From assembly GCA_964016885.1 (NCBI GenBank), contig OZ024740.1, forward strand, positions 6,758,001 through 6,822,000: a DNA stretch of 64,000 nt, read 5' to 3'. The notes below the pieces were generated by a model that did not search any database, was not told the origin of the DNA, and saw nothing but the letters and a program-made list of their open reading frames with translations. The position numbers and the translations under genes are program-made. Within the stretch, counting starts at the first letter, position 1, and every line of letters begins with the position of its first letter. Shown one piece after another: positions 55,801 through 64,000 of the stretch. This DNA is from Eledone cirrhosa. Its lineage: Eukaryota.

Positions 55801-58800
55801 GGCAGTGTTTGTGAGAGATATTACCCGAAAATACTCAGATCCTAAGGCAGTGTTTGTGAGAGATATTACCCCAAAATACTCAGATCCTAAGGCTGTATTT
55901 GTGAGAGACATTAACCCAAAATACTCAGATCCTAAGGCTGTATTTTTGAGAGACATTACCCCAAAATACTCAGATCCTAAGGCAGTGTTTGTGAGAGACA
56001 TTAACCCCAAATACTCAGATCCTAAGGCTGTATTTGTGAGAGACATTACCCCAAAATACTCAGATCCTAAGGCAGTGTTTGTGAGAGACATTACCCCAAA
56101 ATACCCAGGTCCCAAGGCAGTATTTGTGAGAGACATTACCCCAAAATACTCAGATCCTAAAGCAGTGTTTGTGAGAGACATTACCCCAAAATACTCAGAT
56201 CCTAAGGCTGTATTTGTGAGAGGCATTACCCCAAATACTTTGATCCTAAGGCTGTATTTGTGAGAGACAATAACCCAAAATACTCAGATCCTAAGGCAGT
56301 ATTTGTGAGAGACATTACCACAAAATAAATACTCAGATCCTAAGGCTGTATTTGTGAGAGACATTACCCCAAAATACTGAGATTCTAAGGCTGTATTTTT
56401 GAGAGACATTACCCCAAAATACTCAGATCCTCAGGCTGTATTTGTGGGAGACATTACCCCAAAATACTCAGATCCTAGGGTAGTGTTTGAGAGAGACATT
56501 ATCCCAAAATACTCAGATCCTAAGGCTGTATTTGTGAGAGACATTACCCCAAAATACTCAGATCCTAAGGCAGTATTTGTGAGAGACATTACCCCAAAAT
56601 ACTCAGATCCTCAGGCTGTATTTGTGGGAGACATTACCCCAAAATACTCAGATCCTAAGGTAGTGTTTGAGAGAGACATTATCCCAAAATACTCAGATCC
56701 TAAGGCTGTATTTGTGAGAGACATTACCCCAAAATACTCAGATCCTAAGGCAGTATTTGTGAGAGACATTACCCCAAAATACTCAGATCCTCAGGCTGTA
56801 TTTGTGGGAGACATTACCCCAAAATACTCAGATCCTAGGGTAGTGTTTGTGAGAGACATTATCCCAAAATACTCAGATCCTAAGGCTGTATTTGTGAAAG
56901 ACATTACCCCAAAATACTGAGATTCTAAGGCTGTATTTTTGAGAGACATTACCCCAAAATACTCAGATCCTCAGGCTGTATTTGTGGGAGACATTACCCC
57001 AAAATACTCAGATCCTAAGGTAGTGTTTGTGAGAGACATTATCCCAAAATACTCAGATCCTAAGGCTGTATTTGTGAGAGACATTACCCCAAAATACTCA
57101 GATCCTAAGGCAGTATTTGTGAGAGACATTACCCCCAAATACTCAGATCCTAAGGCTGTATTTGTGAGAGACATTACCCCAAAATACTGAGATCCTAAGG
57201 CAGTGTTTGTGAGAGACATTACGCCAAAATACTCAGATCCTAAGGCTGTATTTGTGAGCGACATTACCCCAAAATACTCAGATCCTAAGGCTGTATTTGT
57301 GAGAGACAATACCCCAAAATACTCAGATCCTAAGGCTGTATTTGTGAGAGACAATAACCCAAAATACTCAGATCCTAAGGTAGTGTTTGTGAGAGACATT
57401 ATCCCAAAATACTCAGATCCTAAGGCTGTATTTGTGAGAGACATTACCCCAAAATTCTCAGATCCTAAGGCAGTATTTGTGAGAGACATTACCCCCAAAT
57501 ACTCAGATCCTAAGGCTGTATTTGTGAGAGACATTACCCCAAAATACTGAGATCCTAAGGCAGTGTTTGTGAGAGACATTACGCCAAAATACTCAGATCC
57601 TAAGGCTGTATTTGTGAGCGACATTACCCCAAAATACTCAGATCCTAAGGCTGTATTTGTGAGAGACAATACCCCAAAATACTCAGATCCTAAGGCAGTA
57701 TTTGTGAGAGACAATAACCCAAAATACTCAGATCCTAAGGCAGTATTTGGGAGAGACATTACCCCCAAAATACTCAGATCCTAAGGCTGTACTTGTGAGA
57801 GACATTACCCCAAAATACTCAGATCCTAAGGCAGTGTTTGTGAGAGACATTACCGCAAAATACTCAGATCCTAAGGCAGTATTTGTGAGAGACATTACCC
57901 CAAAATACTCAGATCCTAAGGCTGTATTTGTGAGAGACATTAACCCAAAATACTCAGATCCTAAGGCTGTATTTGTGAGAGACATTAACCCACAATACTC
58001 AGATCCTAAGGCTGTATTTGTGAGAGACATTACCCCAAAATACTCAGATCCTAAGGCAGTGTTTGTGAGAGACATTAACCCCAAATACTCAGATCCTAAG
58101 GCTGTATTTGTGAGAGACATTACCCCAAAATACTCAGATCCTAAGGCAGTGTTTGTGAGAGACATTACCCCAAAATACCCAGGTCCCAAGGCAGTGTTTG
58201 TGAGAGATATTACCCCAAAATACTCAGATCCTAAGGCAGTGTTTTTGAGAGACATTACCCCAAAATACTCAGATCCCAAGGCAGTATTTGTGAGAGACAT
58301 TACCCCAAAATACCCAGATCCTAAGGCAGTATTTTTGAGAGACATTACCCCGAAATACTCAGATCCTCAGGCTGTATTTGTGGGAGACATTACCCCAAAA
58401 TACTCAGATCCTAAGGCTGTATTTTTGAGAGACATTACCCCAAAATACTCAGATCCTAAGGCAGTGTTTGTGAGAGACATTACCGCAAAATACTCAGATC
58501 CTAAGGCAGTATTTGTGAGAGACATTACCCCAAAATACTCAGATCCTAAGGCTGTATTTGTGAGAGACATTAACCCAAAATACTCAGATCCTAAGGCTGT
58601 ATTTGTGAGAGACATTAACCCACAATACTCAGATCCTAAGGCTGTATTTGTGAGAGACATTACCCCAAAATACTCAGATCCTAAGGCAGTGTTTGTGAGA
58701 GACATTAACCCCAAATACTCAGATCCTAAGGCTGTATTTGTGAGAGACATTACCCCAAAATACTCAGATCCTAAGGCAGTGTTTGTGAGAGACATTACCC

Positions 58801-61800
58801 CAAAATACCCAGGTCCCAAGGCAGTGTTTGTGAGAGATATTACCCCAAAATACTCAGATCCTAAGGCAGTGTTTTTGAGAGACATTACCCCAAAATACTC
58901 AGATCCCAAGGCAGTATTTGTGAGAGACATTACCCCAAAATACCCAGATCCTAAGGCAGTATTTTTGAGAGACATTACCCCGAAATACTCAGATCCTCAG
59001 GCTGTATTTGTGGGAGACATTACCCCAAAATACTCAGATACTAAGGTAGTGTTTGTGAGAGACATTATCCCAAAATACTCAGATCCTAAGGCTGTATTTT
59101 TGAGAGACATTACCCCAAAATACTCAGATCCTCAGGCTGTATTTGTGGGAAACATTACCCCCAAATACTCAGATCCTAAGGTAGTGTTTGTGAGAGACAT
59201 TATCCCAAAATACTCAGATCCTAAGGCTGTAATTGTGAGCGACATTACCCCAAAATATTCAGATCCGAAGGCTGTATTTGTGAGAGACAATACCCCAAAA
59301 TACTCAGATCCTAAGGCTGTATTTGTGAGAGACAATACCCCAAAATACTCAGATCCTAAGGCAGTATTTGTGAGAGACAATACCCAAAATACTCAGATCC
59401 TAAGGCAGTATTTGTGAGAGACAATAACCCAAAATACTCAGATCCTAAGGCAGTATTTGTGAGAGACATTACCCCAAAATACTCAGATCCTAAAGCAGTG
59501 TTTGTGAGAGACATTACCCCAAAATACTCAGATCCTAAGGCAGTGTTTGTGAGATACATTACCCCAAAATACTCAGATCATAAGGCAGTGTTTGTGAGAG
59601 ATATTACCCCAAAATACTCAGATCCTAAGGCAGTATTTGTGAGAGACATTACCCAAAAATACTCAGATCCTAAGGCTGTAATTGTGAGAGACATTACCCC
59701 AAAATACTGACATCCTAAGGCTGTATTTGTGAGAGACATTACCCCAAAATACTGAGATCCTAAGGCAGTATTTGTGAGAGACATTACCCCAAAATACCCA
59801 GATCCTAAGGCTGTATTTGTGAGATACATTACCCCAAAATACTCAGATCCTAAGGCAGTGTTTGTGAGAGACATTACCCCAAAATACTCAGATTCTAAGG
59901 CTGTATTTTTGACAGACATTACCCCAAAATACTCAAATCCTAAGGAAGAATTTGTGAGAGACATTACCCCAAAATACTCAGATCCTAAGGCTGTATTTGT
60001 GAGAGACATTACCCCAAAATACTCAGATTCTAAGGCTGTATTTGTGAGAGACATTACCCCAAAATACTCAGATTCTAAGGCTGTATTTGTAAGAGACATT
60101 ACCGCAAAATTCTGAGATCCTAAGGCAGTATTTGTGAGAGACATTACCGCAAAATACTGAGATCCTAAGGCAGTATTTGTGAGAGACATTACCCCAAAAT
60201 ACTGAGATCCTAAGGCTGTCATTGTGAGAGACATTACCCCAAAATACTGAGATCCTAAGGCTGTATTTGTGAGAGACATTACCCTAAAATGCTGAGATCC
60301 TAAGGCAGTATTTGTGAGAGACATTACCCCAAAATACTGAGATCCTAAGGCAGTATTTGTGAGAGACATTACCCCAAAATACTCAGATCCTAAGGCTGTA
60401 TTTGTGAGAGACATTACCCCAAAATACTCAGAACCTAAGGCTGTATTTGTGAGAGACATTACCCCAAAATACTCAGATCCTAAGGCAGTATTTTTGAGAG
60501 ACATTACCCCAAAATACTCAGATCCTAAGGCAGTATTTGTGAGAGACATTACCCCAAAATACTCAGATCCTAAGGCTGTATTTGTGAGAGACATTACCCC
60601 AAAATACTCAGATCCTAAGGCTGTATTTGTGAGAGACATTACCCCAAAATACTGAGATCCTAAGGCAGTGTTTGTGAGAGACATTACCCCAAAATACTCA
60701 GATCCTAAGGCTGTATTTGTGAGAGTCATTAACCCAAAATACTCAGATCCTAAGGCTGTATTTGTGAGCGATATTAACCCAAAATACTCATATTCTAAGG
60801 CTGTATTTGTGAGAGACATTAACCCAAATACTCAGATCCTAAGGCTGTATTTGTGAGAGGCATTACCCCAAATACTTTGATCCTAAGGCTGTATTTGTGA
60901 GATACATTAACCCAAAATACTCAGATCCTAAGGCAGTATTTGTGAGAGACATTACCACAAAATAAATACTCAGATCCTAAGGCTGTATTTGTGAGAGACA
61001 TTACCCCAAAATACTGAGATTCTAAGGCTGTATTTTTGAGAGACATTACCCCAAAATTCTCAGATCCTCAGGCTGTATTTGTGGGAGACACTACCCCAAA
61101 ATACTTAGATCCTAAGGTAGTGTTTGTGAGAGACATTATCCCAAAATACTCAGATCCTAAGGCTGTATTTGTGAGAGACATTACCCCAAAATACTGAGAA
61201 TTTAAGGCTGTATTTTTGAGAGACATTACCCCAAAATACTCAGATCCTCAGGCTGTATTTGTGGGAAACATTACCCCAAAATACTCAGATCCTAAGGTAG
61301 TGTTTGTGAGAGACATTGTCCCAAAATACTCAGATCCTAAGGCTGTATTTGTGAGAGACATTACCCCAAAATACTGAGATCCTAAGGCAGTGTTTGTGAG
61401 AGACATTACGCCAAAATACTCAGATCCTAAGGCTGTAATTGTGAGCGACATTACCCCAAAATACTCAGATCCGAAGGCTGTATTTGTGAGAGACAATACC
61501 CCAAAATACTCAGATCCTAAGGTTGTATTTGTGAGAGACAATACCCCAAAATACTCAGATCCTAAGTCAGTATTTGTGAGAGACAATACCCCAAAATACT
61601 CAGATCCTAAGGCAGTATTTGTGAGAGACAATAACCCAAAATACTCAGATCCTAAGGCAGTATTTGTGAGAGACATTACCCCAAAATACTCAGATCCTAA
61701 AGCAGTGTTTGTGAGAGACATTACCCCAAAATACTCAGATCCTAAGGCAGTGTTTGTGAGATACATTACCCCAAAATACTCAGATCATAAGGCAGTGTTT

Positions 61801-64000
61801 GTGAGAGATATTACCCCAAAATACTCAGATCCTAAGGCAGTATTTGTGAGAGACATTACCCAAAAATACTCAGATCCTAAGGCTGTAATTGTGAGAGACA
61901 TTACCCCAAAATACTGACATCCTAAGGCTGTATTTGTGAGAGACATTACCCCAAAATACTGAGATCCTAAGGCAGTATTTGTGAGAGACATTACCCCAAA
62001 ATACCCAGATCCTAAGGCTGTATTTGTGAGATACCTTACCCCAAAATACTCAGATGTTAAGGCAGTGTTTGTCCGAGATATTACCCCAAAATACTCAGAT
62101 CCTAAGGCTGTATTTGTGAGAGACATTACCCCAAAATACTCAGATTCTAAGGCTGTATTTGTGAGAGACATTACCCCAAAATACTCAGATTCTAAGGCTG
62201 TATTTGTGAGAGACATTACCGCAAAATACTGAGATCCTAAGGCAGTATTTGTGAGAGACATTACCGCAAAATACTGAGATCCTAAGGCAGTGTTTTTGAG
62301 AGACATTACCCCAAAATACTCAGATCCTAAGGCTGTATTTGTGAGAGTCATTAACCCAAAATACTCGGATCCTAAGGCTGTATTTGTGAGCGATATTAAC
62401 CCAAAATACTCATATCCTAAGGCAGTATTTTTGAGAGACATTAACCCAAATACTCAGATCCTAAGGCTGTATTTGTGAGAGGCATTACCCCAAATACTTT
62501 GATCCTAAGGCTGTATTTGTGAGAGACAATAACCCAAAATACTCAGATCCTAAGGCAGTATTTGTGAGAGACATTACCACAAAATAAATACTCAGATCCT
62601 AAGGCTGTATTTGTGAGAGACATTACCCCAAAATACTGAGATTATAAGGCTGTATTTTTGAGAGACATTACCCCAAAATACTCAGATCCTCAGGCTGTAT
62701 TTGTGGGAGACATTACCCCAAAATACTCAGATCCTAAGGTAGTGTTTGTGAGAGACATTATCCCAAAATACTCAGATCCTAAGGCTGTATTTGTGAGAGA
62801 CATTACCCCAAAATACTGAGATTCTAAGGCTGTATTTTTGAGAGACATTACCCCAAAATACTCAGATCCTCAGGCTGTATTTGTGGGAAACATTACCCCA
62901 AAATACTCAGATCCTAAGGTAGTGTTTGTGAGAGACATTGTCCCAAAATACTCAGATCCTAAGGCTGTATTTGTGAGAGACATTACCTCCAAAATACTCA
63001 GATCCTAAGGCAGTATTTGTGAGAGACATTACCCCAAAATACTCAGATCCTAAGGCTGTATTTGTGAGAGACATTACCCCAAAATACTGAGATCCTAAGG
63101 CAGTGTTTGTGAGAGACATTACGCCAAAATACTCAGATCCTAGGGCTGTAATTGTGAGCGACATTACCCCAAAATACTCAGATCCGAAGGCTGTATTTGT
63201 GAGAGACAATACCCCAAAATACTCAGATCCTAAGGCTGTATTTGTGAGAGACAATACCCCAAAATACTCAGATCCTAAGGCAGTATTTGTGAGAGACAAT
63301 ACCCCAAAATACTCAGATCCTAAGGCAGTATTTGTGAGAGACAATAACCCAAAATACTCAGATCCTAAGGCAGTATTTGTGAGAGACATTACCCCAAAAT
63401 ACTCAGATCCTAAAGCAGTGTTTGTGAGAGACATTACCCCAAAATACTCAGATCCTAAGGCAGTGTTTGTGAGATACATTACCCCAAAATACTCAGATCA
63501 TAAGGCAGTGTTTGTGAGAGATATTACCCCAAAATACTCTGATCCTAAGGCAGTATTTGTGAGAGACATTACCCAAAAATACTCAGATCCTAAGGCTGTA
63601 ATTGTGAGAGACATTACCCCAAAATACTGACATCCTAAGGCTGTATTTGTGAGAGACACTACCCCAAAATACTGAGATCCTAAGGCAGTATTTGTGAGAG
63701 ACATTACCCCAAAATACCCAGATCCTAAGGCTGTATTTGTGAGATACATTACCCCAAAATACTCAGATCCTAAGGCAGTGTTTGTGAGAGACATTACCCC
63801 AAAATACTCAGATTCTAAGGCTGTATTTGTGACAGACATTACCCCAAAATACTCAAATCCTAAGGAAGAATTTGTGAGAGACATTACCCCAAAATACTCA
63901 GATCCTAAGGCTGTATTTGTGAGAGACATTACCCCAAAATACTCAGATTCTAAGGCTGTATTTGTGAGAGACATTACCCCAAAATACTCAGATTCTAAGG
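34857..64000. repeat. 45-bp satellite array, about 647 monomers, running off the right edge; consensus CCCCAAAATACTSAGATCCTAAGGCWGTRTTTGTGAGAGACATTA
   Basis: Uninterrupted 45-nt periodicity with rare 1-4 nt indels and kb-scale higher-order duplications. Confidence 0.99.

Noticed and set aside
34787-63974. Long 15-aa repeat ORFs (MSLTNTALGSEYFGV and VRDITPKYSDPKAVF, up to 880 aa)
   Set aside because: A by-product of a 45-bp unit that is open on both strands; frequent frameshifts and stops; no unique domain or exon context.

Overview
Eukaryotic, AT-rich, microsatellite-dense repeat region. The SINE and RTE families and the (TA)n density suggest a cephalopod (octopod), which is an inference. 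No host protein-coding gene is recognisable. Layout: 1-2356 is a 36-bp minisatellite. About 2.4-34.8 kb is a nest of retroelements inserted into (TA)n tracts: Penelope-like elements (PLEs, including three Naiad-type families with RT and GIY-YIG remnants), RTE LINE fragments and tRNA-derived SINEs. From 34857 to the end is a 45-bp satellite of about 647 monomers with nested higher-order duplications. The most interesting signals are: (1) at least seven PLE insertions share a head-to-head architecture in which both 3' ends point outward, usually into (TA)n, including a 2.5-kb spacer-less palindrome; (2) more than ten type I hammerhead-ribozyme motifs from several families, some with the compensatory U3-A8 core pair, U4C, or 50-100 nt insertions in stem II; (3) an ORF-less unit with two tandem hammerheads 597 nt apart (retrozyme-like); (4) a SINE carried inside both arms of a PLE. 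All alignments and folds were done by eye, so boundaries are approximate.
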